Positions 12,972 through 27,655 are shown, numbered from the stretch's first letter. The stretch: DNA of 64,000 bases from Octopus vulgaris (GCA_951406725.2 OX597818.1:131874001-131938000), one strand, 5' to 3'. Made by a program: numbers and translations. Notes: generated by a model from the letters alone, not told the origin.

Positions 12972-13990
12972 ATACATTGGAGGAAGATGCTCTAGCTTTG
13001 TAAACAGTGCTAAAGTGGGAAGCTGAATTTAAGAGTGGGAGGGAGAGTATTAGAGATAACCCGAGGTCTGGACGTCTTACAACTGCCACCACCAAGGTAA
13101 ACATTGATCATGTGCACCACATGGTGGTGGATGAAATGCAACTGATTATAAATGAAAAAGCCAATACTATTAGCATATTCTATGAGAGAGTTGAAAATAT
13201 TCTGCACAATGAACTTGTCATAGCAAAGGTTTCTGCTCAGTGGATGCCACATCTTCTGACACCTGATCAAAAGCACACCAGGCTGATCATATCACAGGAA
13301 AATTTAACAATTTGAAGCTGATTCAGCCAGTTTCCTTACCCAGGATGAGTGTTGGCTTCAATACTTTGAGCCAGAAACAAAAAGACATTCTATGCAGTGG
13401 AAACACCCATCCAGACTTACTTCAAAGAAGGTCAAGGTCGTTTCATATGCAGGAATGGTAATGACCTCAGTTTTTGGGAGGATGCAAAAGGCATTGTGCT
13501 TATTAATTACCTTCAAAAGGGACACACCATCAATGCAGAGTGCAATGCCAACTTACTAATGCAGTCATGGAAGACTAAGAAGGCCAAATGCCCAGGAAAA
13601 CTGATAAAAGGGGCCTTGTTTCAACATGACAATGCTCCAGCACACAGGTCCTTGGTTTCAATGGCTGCTGCACATGACTGTGGCTGTTAACTGATCAATT
13701 AGCTTCCCTATACTCCTGATTTGACCCTATCTGACTATCATCTGTTCCCCAACATAAAAGAACACTTGGTTAGGGACCAGTTTCACAGTGAAGATGCCAT
13801 AACTGCTGTTGATCACTTTCTTTAACAACAGGATGAAAGCTCTTTCACCAATGGGATCCAAGCACTGCAACACTGATGGAAGAAATGTGTGGCCTGCAAT
13901 GTGAGCTTATGTTGAAAAATAAACCTCATTTGGTCGTATTTGATGAGAGTATTTTTGTCAGCCTATGAACTTTTCAGCCGGCTTTCATGT
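12972..13990 (+). mobile_element. 5'-truncated mariner (DD34D) transposon, transposase pseudogene
   Basis: Peptides RSGRLTT, VSAQWMPHLLTPDQK (WVPHEL motif), TQDECWLQY, FQHDNAPAH and PYTPDLTLSDYHLFP (YSPDLAPSD). There are 34 residues between the 2nd and 3rd Asp, with stops and frameshifts. A TIR-like 3' end CCTATGAACTTTTCAGCCGGC is present. Confidence 0.93.
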
Positions 13991-15089
13991 GCGCACGTGT
14001 GCGTGTGTGTATGCATATGTATGCATAAGAAACTGATAAATTGCAATTTACAAAAGTTTGCAGTTTTATTTGGATTAAAATACCAGCTTCAGCAGAGTAA
14101 AATTTCTCACTACAGTTCACCTCTACCAATGTAACTAGAGTGTAAAACCCATTGCATTTTATTAAATGTAAAATTTTTAGATTATTTTTATTGACAAGTA
14201 ATCAGTATATGTAATATTTCAAAAGAAAATTTCTGATATATATTATTAGTTGGTGCAGTTCGTATAAATGGATAGGAAGATTTACACCATCAATTTTGGT
14301 ATTCCACATCTATTAGTTTCCATAGATTTGCACAATTTATTCAAATGAAGATCTCTAATTTCAATATCAAATGTCTCTTACTACTTCACACATCAACATT
14401 ATGAAACAATATATGCAACAGTTATTTTTTTTTTTTTTTTTCAATTTCTAATATTTATGACATTGAAAATTAGTCTTCAATCCATCACCAAGTATATTTA
14501 TGCACCAGAAAATAAATTCGAATGCAAGATCACAATTCATGAAGAGCAGATCTATGCATTCATATTTCCTTACAGAATTTCAAAATGAGATATTTTGTTT
14601 TTGAATTCATACAGCTGAAAGTTTATTCCTCGACAAAAGTTTTGTTAGATATTTGTAAAATATTAGAATCTGAATTTTTCAGATAATTTAATATTCTTAA
14701 AAATTTCACAAGAGATTTTCTCTTCTTTCTTACAATAGGCTTCTCAGATGCAAAAAAAAAAAAAAAAAATGAACATTTAACAAGTACATGATTTCTGCAT
14801 ATGATTTATAACTTTTCAGGTAGGACATGGCTTATATGAAGGAAACAGGGCTGAAAGAAGCAAGTGCAGTAAGACAGTCCTTCTAGTGCTGATGCCATGA
14901 TAAAACACCAGGACTACATTTGTTTGTTTGTTTTAAAGGGGACTGGTGTAATATGTCACTCGTTTTTAATACTACCATTTGATCTCAAGGTGTTTTCACC
15001 TTTGTTCACTCCATTGCAAAACAGTCTCTGGTTTCAAGATAATATGTCACATGTTGCATCCTATTGCACTCTGCTTTTGAAAGTGTAAC

Positions 15090-15400
15090 TATTTATTATA
15101 GGGTTTCCTAGTAATGGCTCACTTTCAGATAGAACATTAGGCAATAGTCACATTGGTAAAGCCTTAGAAGGTTGTGCTAATAGTTGACACATAATTCTGT
15201 GTCATCTTTCATGTCTAAAAACCTCCCTCATTCTTCTAAACACATCTGCTCTCTCTAACTTTCTCCAAAGACCTCCAGCAATTGTTCAGCAATGTTTCAT
15301 CCAGGTTTAAAAAGATCTTAACTCACCCTTCTCTGAAGTCATCATCCTTAGTAACTTCAATGTTAAAAACATCTTTTTGGCTCTTTACACATTGCCCTAT
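15090..15400 (+). mobile_element. LINE AP-endonuclease domain relic
   Basis: THPSLK followed by SEVIILSNFNV (=ILGDFNV motif) at ~15332-15365. Confidence 0.45.
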
Positions 15401-15989
15401 ACTGACATATTTGCCATTCGTTAGTATAACTACATTCTCATATCCCTCACTGTCACACAAACACAATTTCTTTTTTCACCTTTATAATTACTGTAGATTT
15501 TTCTAGAATCAATATCCTTGTTTTACTACCAAATATCATTGCATTTTTTTTTATATGGAACTTGTACAGAAAGAAATTGTTATTGTTTAGTTGCAGACTA
15601 GCCTTGATTAAGTAGATCTATGATCAAAAGTATTGTAGAAAGGCAGAGAGTGACTTAATGGAAATTTATTACCAGCAGTTTCACGAACAGTGTAAAGAAT
15701 TCTCAGTTGACTCAAATAAACTCTGTTCAAGACAGAAGTTGCATTTTAGTGAAACTTATCCTTTATGTTATCTACACAACTTCAGTGTTCAATACACTAT
15801 ATAAAATGTGGAAAATGCCTTTCTACCATAAACACAAAGTTACACAACTGATACAAAGTTATACAGCCTCTTTATTCCACATCTAATTGTCTAATTTCAA
15901 TAGAAAACACATAAAATGCATATTTCACCTACTTAGTCTATCACCTACCTCAGTAAACTGAACAGCCATTTATTTTATTAATCAGATTA

Positions 15990-16200
15990 AAGGGGTGTGG
16001 CCATTACCTTTCAGGCACTCCAAGACCTGTGAGATCAACATGGATAATGTTTCCCTTGAACAGCTACAAGTTAACATATACAGGTAAGGAATTCTAGAGT
16101 GTTTGTGTGAAAGGACAGAATATAAGTGATAAGAAGAGAGAATGAGTGAGCTGAGAAAGCTTTGGTGGATGTAGCATATGAATAGACAGTTTGAAGGGGC
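15990..16200 (-). mobile_element. LINE 3'-end fragment (same family as 3930-5610)
   Basis: The reverse complement GAAACATTATCCATGTTGATCTCACAGGTCTTGGAGTGCCTGAAAGGTAATGGCCAC aligns with 5520-5578. Confidence 0.6.
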
Positions 16201-17623
16201 AAAAGAAAACTCAACTTAAAAGCCTATAACATTTACAATGTACATCATTATATCATATCAGTAAATTTTATATATTTTCAGGCAATAATTATGTTTTTTA
16301 TGATTTTCATTCTGAGCTGCATTCCATCAAAATCTCTGGTTTCTAACAGGATTGTGAGATCTATAGAGAGAAAAACACTACAGACTTTAAAAGTTAAGAT
16401 TGATTGAATAAATTAACCTAGGTGAGATTTAAATGAGGGCAACTTACTCTAAATTTATTGCTATCAAGTTTCAGTGTTATTGTTTCAAACTCTGGGCTAA
16501 GTCAAGTACAAATATAGAAAAAGTCTTGCAAGAGAAAAGTTCCACTAATACATTAAATTCCCAGTTAATTATTTTTATTACTGTAATCATATTCTTTAGC
16601 ATGTGTGACCAAACAAGTTACATAAATTTCACCTGATCCTATATTAAGGTAACAAAGCTGAAGTATTTGGATTAGTTAACTAAAGGTAAGACTCTTTCAA
16701 ATGCTAGTGCACTATTTCTAGCAACTTAAGTATCAGAGAAGACATCAACAAAAAGTGCTAAAATTATTTCTAACAATTAATTTCTCAAATAACACAAAAA
16801 GCAAATAGTCATTATATCAATATTTCAAAAGTTAATGTTTATTGTCTTACAGTGAAACATTGTGGTCTCCTCTAATTGGACTAGAGCTTTTTTTTTTTTT
16901 ATTATTAACTTGAGTGAGATAGACAAAAGATTTGTCTAAGACTAACACAACAAAGACTCAAATGAAACGAAGAACTACTGAATATTTTTCCTTCAGAAAA
17001 ATATACTTTCAAGAAACATAACCAGATGACATTATTTGTAAAGACTTAATTCTAGAAATTTAAGGACTTATACAATTTTAAAAAAAGTAACTTCAAAAAA
17101 GAATTTTATTTTATTCAGACATCAAGTGTATCCACTAATACCTTAACTAGCAAACAAAGTACACTAAGCCATTGCTTTTGATCACCTAATGTCTTGTTTG
17201 TTATGAGCTGAGTAAAATATTTACTCAAGCATTTGGATTTTGTAAGGCTACTTACATAGATTATTCTGTTTTTATTACTTTTTTTCTTCCATTTACTTCA
17301 AATAGAAAAGTAAACATATTACAAGTTCTGGTTGGCATCATTTAATACTAAAAGCCAGACAGAAGGCTATAGACACACTTGCCTAACCAAAAAACATTTT
17401 AAAAAGATAACAAAGAAGTAGAAAGCAAGTTTATAAATATTTGCGAAACGTAAAATATTTTAAACTAGGAGATAGTGTGCAAATGCAAGGACAAATTAAA
17501 ATTTTGTTGAGAAAATAATACATTTAAAATTATACAGATGTACAAGCTTGCTAAGTAAGAGTAGAAAGAAAGAACCATAAGAATTACTGTTAAGAAATTA
17601 TGTAAACAAAAAAGAATGACATA

Positions 17624-18760
17624 CAGAGTGTCCTAGAATGAGTTACCAATGTTTAAAACTCTTCCAGAAGAATATCAGTTCAGGTAATATTATCCACATT
17701 TTACATGAAGATTAGCAAATGTCTTTTGTTTTGTTTGTCTATAACAGGTTTGTGAACAAACATCGCATCAAAAGCAAAATGTGACCAAAACAGCTTGAAT
17801 GAGTAACAAGGATATAACAAAACAGTTGAATGTGTGCCGTAAAATGGTGTTCAATATCTGGAAACAGCATATGGAGTCTGCTACTACCTCTAGCAAGCCC
17901 AATTCTTGGTAGGAAATTATCAATTCATACCAAACAAACTTTTAAAGCTGTGAGAAAGCAAATGAACTGAAATCCTCACAGGAGAACAAGTAAAACTGCA
18001 AAAGCTCTTGATATTTTGAAATTGTCAATGCAAAGGATTTTTAAAGTGAATTTAAAGTTAACTGCATACAAGAAACAATCCCCACAGTTCATTTCAGTAG
18101 CTTCCAAGATGAAATGGTACAACTGGGGAAAAACCATTTTAGCTGCGATGAAGTGTACTGCTAACAAAGTGTTGATTTGGTCTGAGATCTTCATCATGTT
18201 GCATCTGATGAGTATAAGTCTTCCTTGGTCTTCATCATTGCTGGCGTCAAGGTCAACAGTGAAATGTTGGCTGAGAAAGTGTTACTATAAAGCTGGTAAC
18301 ATAAAAAAACCTTTAGTGACCATTACATCTTCACTCAAGACTGGGCTCCAGTTCACACATCCAGTTTCACACAGAGTGTATGCAAAGAGCATTTCACTGG
18401 TTTGGGGGAAAAGACAATAAGGCCTCCCTCAAGTCCAGACATAAATTCCATGGACTTTACTATCTGGTCCTTCTTAGAGAGTAATATTTCTGCTTGCTCC
18501 TATTCAGATGTGTCAGATCGGAAGAAAACCCTTCTGCCTTTATGGGTCAAGTTGGATGAAGCGATGGTACGGCATTTATGCAAATCAGTCACCACTCATT
18601 TGTAGGTTATGATCAAGGTGAAAGGTCATTTTAAAATGTATTTATTGCAATGGATTGATAATTTACATTAGAATGTGTGTCAAGTTTCATTATCCTACCT
18701 TAAGTGTTTATTTTGAATAATTAAGACACATCAATGGGTAAATCTTTCTGGGACCCCCTG
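17624..18760 (+). mobile_element. maT-family (DD37D) Tc1/mariner transposon, decayed
   Basis: TIRs TA|CAGAGTGTCCTAGAATG ... TCTTTCTGGGACCCCCTG|TA. In-frame FTQDWAPVHT...RPPSSPDINSMDFTIW has exactly 37 residues between the two Asp. LIWSEI marks the first-Asp region. Confidence 0.88.
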
Positions 18761-18999
18761 TAAGTGGGTAAAAAAATTCATTTCCAACTGGAGTGGAAAG
18801 TTTAAGGACCACATAAATTATTGCCGAAAACATGGAAGAATGAACTGGAATAAAAAGAGCTAGCCAGCAGTGCTAGTAATAGATCTTTGAAAATTGATGC
18901 AGAAACACTGTGTTATGTTTCCATAAACCAGAATAAACTCCAGTATAGAGAATGGTTTAATGATAACAGTTCAAACAGCAAAACACACTGCTTGAGGAT

Positions 19000-19720
19000 A
19001 ATAGAATAATTAATATCAGGGCTTGGTCTCTCTGTCAAGTTAGCATAATTGGAGATACTTGCCTATACTTTACAACTATATGCAACATGGTGGTGAAACA
19101 AGAGAGGAGTTCATATGAGGTTTAGAGATGTGTGTAGTTGAAAGCAAAGCAGGCAATGAATAGAGTGGCTTTGTTAGCAGGAATGCTACTTCTACTGCCA
19201 TTTTGCTTGAGGAGTATAAGAATTCTTAAAAGGTAATAGTGAGTATCTTTGTAAGAGAAAAACAAATTATGTTGAATCCAGGTAGCAAAAGAACTTTCAG
19301 ACTATATACTATACAGCATATACTTTGCCCTTCTGGTAATCTTGCAGTAATTACAATATGGAAAATCACACACCCACTGTAAACAGTGCCCTTCACTTGA
19401 ACTACTCAAGCGTTCAAGGGCCATGCATTTTGGTTGCATGAGAGATGTGTAGTGATATATCTAAAGAAATATATCAGTTGTTCACTTAGCTGCATTAGAT
19501 ATAAAAATCAGAACTAGTAGAGCTCCAAGCAGTTAGCTAACTAGGAATAAGAAATTTTGCAAATAGCCATAATTAGGCAGTAAACAGTTGCTTTGATAGA
19601 ACAAAGAGATGGATGGGAAAATTTTCATTTAAAGGTGAGAAAGTAAAAGATATACAGAGTATACAGAGTCAGTAAAACACGATGAGGTGGCTAACTGATG
19701 CAGACAGTAGCAACATACAA
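19000..19720 (-). mobile_element. highly decayed LINE relic
   Basis: Composition and weak peptide traces on the minus strand resemble the 3930-5610 family. Confidence 0.35.
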
Positions 19721-22700
19721 AGCAAGTATGTTATACTTTAAACTTATCCAACATTCATCACAATAGAAAAATAGTCATTAACTTGATAGAGATATAGCCT
19801 AATCTTTTTCTTTCAGAATTTATTCCAAGGTTAACATTGTATAAAAATAATCATATATATGTAAATTGATAAAAGATATGCATTGTGAGAAAATTGTCTG
19901 TAAAAATAGGAGCTCAAAATAACTTTGAATTCTTGTGTTTCCCTCTTCATCATAAGTGAAATGAAACAGCAATTAGTCTATTCAAACTTACAATCAATGA
20001 TGCCATTATTCCCAAAATCCATAATAAGAAAGAAAGAAAACAAGAGACCTTTATAACCCAACTAATATCAGGATAATAGACATTTATGTAGACTTTTTCA
20101 CAATCTGCATATTTTTGAAAGTTAACTTCAGTTTCTCCACTCATGATTTAACCCCACCTGAATGCTTACTTCAGACATAGCCTCTGTAAAATGAGTTCTT
20201 AGCTCTCTTGGGCACAACTGAACACATTACAACTTATTTTCAGGAAAATTGATTGGTTCAATATCACCTATCTTTTTGTTTTTATAATAATTCATCTGTA
20301 AACTTCACTGTTCAGGAATGCATATACCCAGACCTCTATGTCACTTAATCTCAGTAGGTGAACAATTAAATTAATAAAGTAGCTTAACAAATTTATTTTT
20401 GCATATAAATGTATTCACAGTAAATAAACTTAAAAAAGATCGATTCACATGTGATTTTAGCACCATAACTTCACCACCATAGATATAGATATTACCAACT
20501 TGTTCCCTCCTAAAATGCAATTAAAACAATTCTTAACATTGTAAAAACCTGTCATATTTCTCTTGAGATTCTGTATATTAACTATATTGAATTACATGTA
20601 CAAAAGCAATAGTTTTGCTGAAACTTTTCAAAACAGCTTATTACAGATTAACAATTCTAAAAATCAACACTTTTACTATCTAAGCTGAAGGTTTATATTC
20701 CTTAATATTCAAATTCTGCTGCATAGTTTCTTGCGCAAAACTATTTTCTTAATCTCACCCTCTAGGATCATGTTTTAAATTTTAAACTGAAATTAGCCTT
20801 TATATATGGTGCAAAAGATTTAAACACATATGTTCATCAATATCATTGATGCAACATCAACTCAAGTTGGTATGGTTAAACAAATCACTAGTATAGTATT
20901 TTCCTTAACATCTTGATAATAAAGTTTCATCTAATAATCATTCCATTTGCTAATTTATTTGCTTTATCCACAAAGATATCCATCTCCTTAAGGCATTTTT
21001 CATCTCTTATGTATCCTCTATTTGTATTTCAAGTGCTTATCAACAAAGCTGCTTCTGCTACATTTCAGTAAAGGCTAATTTGTGCTCAATCTATCGCTTA
21101 TGTTCAAAATGTTGAACAGTATATTTTAAAACATCTCCAGACTGAGTGAGTGCCTTAGATTATATACAACAAAATAAGTTTTGCAGTAGTCAACTCATTA
21201 CATATATTATTGCTTTTAATTTAGCTTAATATTATACTGTATTCAGTACAGAAGACTTGGTACAAAACTTATAGGATTCTGCATGGAAAATGAAACTTCA
21301 AAGGCCAGAGAGAGTTTCAAATGATGTTACATGTCTAGTATTATTAGTGAGGTTAGAAAATGAATTTGATTTGTTGAACATGTTAACAAAATAAATTATA
21401 AAGATGATTATGGAAAAGACACTACATACATAGTATATGACTGAAGTCATATTTTGGAAAGTATATTTTAGTATCAAAGTCATTAAAGCAAATTAAATAA
21501 AGTAGTCAGCAAAGCATATTTAAAGTTAAGTACAACTATGAAATTATCAATTAATAAAAAATCAGACTAAGCCCATTTCTCGTTATAAAATGATGGGGCC
21601 ATCCATTAGCAGCTTTAAATGATGAATTAAGAGAAAACAATGTAGTCTTCAAACTTATCTGTAGCAGATTTACTATTCTGACCAGTGACCCAATTTTGTA
21701 GGTGTTTATCTCTGGATAAACTCCTCACTCTTCATGCCTTTTTGCATATTTGGTATTTCTAGTAAAGTTTCCTTTTTGCTTTCTCAAACCTCTCACAAGT
21801 TTTTTTTTTTTTTGTAATACAGAAAACACTCTCCCAAATTCTCCAAATCACATGTCTCAAAGTTTGGAAGCAATATCATATGAACACTGCTTTTACATGA
21901 GTAGTTATCTTTATATCAACGTTTGACATGAGGAACAATTTTACCCTTTTATAGTTATCTCTTTAGCAAGTTTACAGTTTGACAAACAAATCCTATTAAA
22001 ACTTTTGTTTCTTTCTTTTCCATTTGATCTTCAGAAGTTCCACATTTCTTGCACCAGTTTCTTTCAAACTTTGCTGTCAATTCTTACCAACATGTCTTAT
22101 CATTTATCATTAACTCATCAATATCAAATCTCCATGCCTACATATCATCATATCACTATCAATATTTTAAAAGATCAGACTGTTTCAAATTTTACTTCTA
22201 TCAATTATCAATATTCTGCTCATCAGTTACTTCATTCTACCTGTCTAGCTTTTTTGAATTAATCTCTAAAAATGTTTATAGTTACTAAGCTATAAAGAAA
22301 AAAAGTAGACCAAGAATAATTGGTACCACTTTAGCATGCATTCTATCTAGCCATTTACAGTTTAGGGTGCAGTTTAACCCTAAAACCATAAATATCAATC
22401 CTAACCAAGATCAGGTCATTTCACAGCATAGACTATAGATGCAGTGGTTGACCACACACTGAAACAGCATTGAATAATTTTTCTTAGTTTACTTTCTATG
22501 TATTGGAAAGCACAGTAGTTCATTCAAGATGGCTAAAGTCACACACAATCTGTGCTCACATGGTACAGCATTTATAATAGCAGCCAACAGTGATAATGAT
22601 GAAATATCTTGCATAAGATTAAGCCATATAGTTGTGACATACCTAAATTTTGTTACAAAATTTGAGTACAAATATGCGGCATACATCAATAAATGTAGTA

Positions 22701-24541
22701 CCTAAATCTTTTTCTTTACAGCTGCATGCATTTGAATTAAAACAAAGTATAAAAAATATCTTTGAAATAGGGCTCATAACCACAAATCCTTTAATCATCA
22801 ATGTTAGGTTCTAAGATGCAAAGATTTTAGTTCAATGGTAATTTAATACAAGAGGCTATCATAAAGCTTATTTAACAAGAATAACTGTTCCTTACTACTA
22901 AGGTATAAAAGAGTAAAAGTCATTTTCATTCTCAACGCCACTAGTAACAAATGTACAATTAACTTCTTATTTTCTGATAACAGAAATAAGATACTTTTCA
23001 AGTTCTATTTCCATTTGCTTATAGTATATATTCTTATATGTGGTTATATATTACTCATAAGTGATTGGTATAATACTTGAATAGGAACATTTATTTCAAT
23101 ATATGAAAGAATATCCTAATCAAATAACTTATGTACTTCAAAATATAAGAAAAGAGGTAATAATCATTAAATTCTATTTGATAAATTACAGAAATACAAA
23201 ACCTAAAAAATATTTATCTAGCCAATATTTATGTTTAAAATTTTAGATAAATTCTTATCCTTTCCCTGTTATGATAATGAAACAGTTTCCCGAAGCTATT
23301 TAAGTTTTATTACTTATCAGAAATGAATATCTTCCAATGCATTATTGTAAAGATAAGACATTTACTGACATTATAGATGATTGTTTTAATTTGTCATTAT
23401 CACACAACATCTAAAAAAGGAATTATTTCCAATTACAATATAAAGTAAAATGAAGTAAAATCAATGTAATAGTTGAAACTAAGCATACAGAGATCAAAAA
23501 ATATTTCTATACTTTATAGGTGCAAATCTTCAAAGATACTTTTAATCTTCATGATCAAAGTTAAATGTTTATTACATTAAATTACTTGAAATAAGATAGC
23601 TTTGATAGATAAAGCTGAATGTTAAGTTAACAATGAATATTTGCAATTGAAACTTAATTCTTAAACTGATAAATAATGGAAACTTTATCATTCAAAAAAT
23701 TAAAATTTAAACCATAGTTTAGCACAAATAAAAACTGGCACTTGTTTTCAGGGAAATAAGAATTTATTTTTTTTAAATTATAGCCATTAACATTGAAAAC
23801 ATCAAAAATTATAATCTCAAAATTGTTTTCATATCACTTTAAAGAGTAATGCTTTATTACATACTCAATGCCAAAATATATATACAAGCCAAGCATCCAA
23901 TTTATAGAATTTGTCCAAATCAACAACAATTATGATACAACAAATATAAATCTGCAATTCTTAAGCTTTAAAATAAAATGTGCTAAGGGGATTATTTCAG
24001 AGCTTTCTTTAGAAATTTTTTTTAAAAAGTGGGGGTAAAGAGAAATAGATTTAAAATGTACTTCAAAATTATTATCACAGCAAAGACAGATTGTAGTTCA
24101 GACATTCTGAAAGATTAAAATGTGCTTTCTAAATAACATTATGACCAAGATACATACAGGAAAACTGAGATAAGTTAAGTTAAAAAATAATAATAATAAC
24201 TTATAAATATTATTAGAGACAAATTTAACAGTTTAAGTGAGATTAGCAGATTGCAATTCAAGTAATCCTACTAAGTTTGACATTTTTTTATATTACACAA
24301 CATGTAATTGGGACATGATAAAAATATGATTTCAGAAGAAAGAATATATAGAAGAGACTGAGCTGATAATACCTCAAAGGTATAAAATACAGCTGGAGGA
24401 ACTACAGACTTTCAAGAAGGATTATAGAGGAAATATAGATCGTTATTATATGTACACAACATAGCAATTCCAGATTGTAATATATGTAAAAGATACAATA
24501 CACATGTATAACTCAAAAAAGAAAATTTCATACTTACAAGT

Positions 24542-24903
<362 letters not shown>

Positions 24904-25884
24904 AGGATATTATATCAATCACTATGTAACAGTTAAATGAATATATTTCAATTAGAAATTAGAATTAATCTAGCAGAACTGGTGTGAAATTTAAGAAAAA
25001 ATGCTATTTAATACAAAAATGTCCATGCATAATAGGGTGAAAAAGTTAAAAAAAAAAATGGGTGGGGGATTATATGCACCAAGTTGTTATTTAATGATGC
25101 AATGCTTAATGAAAGAATAGTTTATACAAATAAAGCAAAATTATCAAGTAGCTTTAGTCAAAAGGAAAGGACATTAGTAACAAAGTTGTAGTTTAATTGA
25201 GAGTGGGGGAAAAAAATGGAAAATGTTTCTGCATTCTTAAATTTAAAAAGAAATGGAATTATGCAAAAAATAATAAAATATTATGGATTAATATTTGTTC
25301 TCAAGTTGACCATTAACTATAGAACGCAAGTCAGTAATTGTGTGTGAGAGTTTAGTTCACACTGCTTCTCATTCTGAGAGACTTTGTTAATGAAGATGAA
25401 TATTTTTTGTGGTAGAAAGTTAATGCAGAAAAAAAATTAGATAAAATCAATCAGTACAATTTTTAATTTCTATGAATTTATAGAGCAACTGAATTAGAGG
25501 AAGTATTATAGTTAGTCAATTAACTTCAAGGAAACATTATACTTCTGAATGACTATTGTACTAATTATGAAAAATGTAATGGTTACAAGATAATTTTTTA
25601 AAATCCATATCTTCTAAGATTACAGTTAAAATTAAAGTGCTATGCAAAAATTTTTTAATGAAAGTGTGTAATATAAACACAATCATTATAATGTTTAACC
25701 TGAAAATATTTGGATGATATGTAGAAATTTTAATTTTTGAGGCTGCCACCCCAATGTAAAAGAAAATAAAAGTGTAAAAACTAAAATTTGCAAAGTTTTG
25801 TATAGATTGTAAGTATATATGTTAATACATTTTATGAGTATTTTATTACACTATAAATTTACTTTTCATTATTATTAATGATTA

Positions 25885-27655
25885 CACTGGAGAACATCTT
25901 CGAAAAATTTTTTAGTTGTTTTCCTTTTTAACTAATTTGTTGGTGGCGAGTTTAGAAATCCCCTCAGAAATTTTCTCATGTTTTTGCTAAACAAGGAGTC
26001 ATTTTTTTACCAAAGGTATATCAATTTTGCCATTAAATGCAATAATTAAGAAACTAACACGATCAAACAGTACCTTTTATTATTTAACAAACATATTGCA
26101 CAAAATGTTTAATTATACATCTTTGGGTAAATATTTTTGTCAAACTGGAGTTTCAACTACTCAAGGAGTGAACTTCCTCTTTGCTGTTTCATGTGAATAA
26201 CTTGCATCACAACAGTCTATTTGCAGAGACCAGCAGTGGCCAGCTATCATGTTTGTATACCACCTGTCTTGATATCTAGACTCCATAGTCTTGGTGGAAT
26301 CATTCTCCTTGCTCATCACTCATTGCACAATGGTTTTTTCAAGGAAGCAGTTCAGATGACTGTGCAGGAAATGTACTTTACACCCACGTTGCAGCCCAGT
26401 GATTGAAAACAGGTTAACAGGTTCTTCATAATTTGACAACTTCCTTTCCCAGGTAAATATTTTGTCACAACTGGCAGCAAAAGCTACTCCATGCTTCTCT
26501 TTGAAATGTTTCATGTGCCTCCCAATAACTTGCATCACAACAGTCTATTTGCAATAGCCATCTGTGGCCCATCAAACACACAAACCTTAATTTTCTCATG
26601 AGACAAGGCCAGAAACTTTCTACTTCAGTATTTGAAACAGATACTGTCTCAGTGGTTCAACACATGTTTTACACACTATATGGGGTACCCAGATTTCGTC
26701 TCAATCACCCAGTTTCATAGCAAAGTAAGGTATGCTTTCTGCAGCAAAAGCACTCCATGTTTCTTTTGAAATGCATGGTCTCCCAAAACTGCTCATCCCT
26801 CAATAGCCATCTGTGGCCCATCAAATACAGCTGAAAATATCAGGGTTGTTTCTGCATTTTCTTCTTTCACAACTAGTCATATTTCTGAAATACAAAATAT
26901 ATATTCAAGCCAGTTGTCACCTGGGAAAAGCATTCTCAGAATTGTCAACAGTTGTAAAGTAAGCAAATACAGAATTGTGATGGCAGAGTCCCATGAGGAG
27001 CATACATGGCATAACATTCTTTCTACAATTCTTTGACTATGCTTGACTAAGAGTGACCTTGACCCACGTGACCTCACAATTACAACATTGAGAGTATATT
27101 CAAAATACCAATTTTCATAAGAAATAGTTAGAGGTTCAACAAAAAGTGTCTCACCTGCTTTGCAATGATAGCCACACTAAATCAAGTACAGTATGGGCAT
27201 ATCTGCAAACAAGTACAGAAAATTCCACAAGCATGACATATGTATGTTGTCAAGGACCAAGAAATGTGTTGTTTATTAACATCTAATTGTATAAAGGACA
27301 TTTCTGTCATCATCATGACATTTAAAAAAGTTAGATTGAAAATAGTGGAAGTTACTCAAGTTGGATGCTTTTTATTTACTGAAAATATCTAAATTGTAAC
27401 TTTTGTTTTCACTTTTGTAGTTACATTTACTTCAAATGACATTGAAAAACTTCTTTCAAAGTTATTTCTAGATCCACAATGGGTCTACATTTCATGAAGC
27501 CAAATCTATCCTTAGAAATGGTGACAATACTAGAAATGCTGAAAACTTAAGATTTGAATTTGCGTAAAATCTTGATGCAATAGAGAAGTCAGTACTCCAA
27601 AAATACTATGAAGCAGGTCTCCAACACCAAACAACAAAAACCATGTTCTCCAATG
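25885..27655 (-). mobile_element. Chapaev3-like (CMC/Transib-RAG1-related) DNA transposon relic
   Basis: Short TIRs CACTGGAGAACA ... TGTTCTCCAATG with 3-bp flanks TTA/CTA. Minus-strand peptides: KFSGLSHEKIK..FDGPQM, KVHFLHSHLNCF, MSDEQGE*FHQD and RYQDRWYTNMIAGHCWSL. Confidence 0.8.

Noticed and set aside
16015-16083. Apparent 69-nt plus-strand exon (CCTTTCAG|...CAG|GTAAGG) with open frames
   Set aside because: It is the antisense of the LINE 3' end seen at 5500-5580, so the splice-like signals are repeat-derived.
21680-22300. Possible decayed R4/Dong-type LINE on the minus strand
   Set aside because: Only a faint GMEF-like trace, too degraded to support a call.
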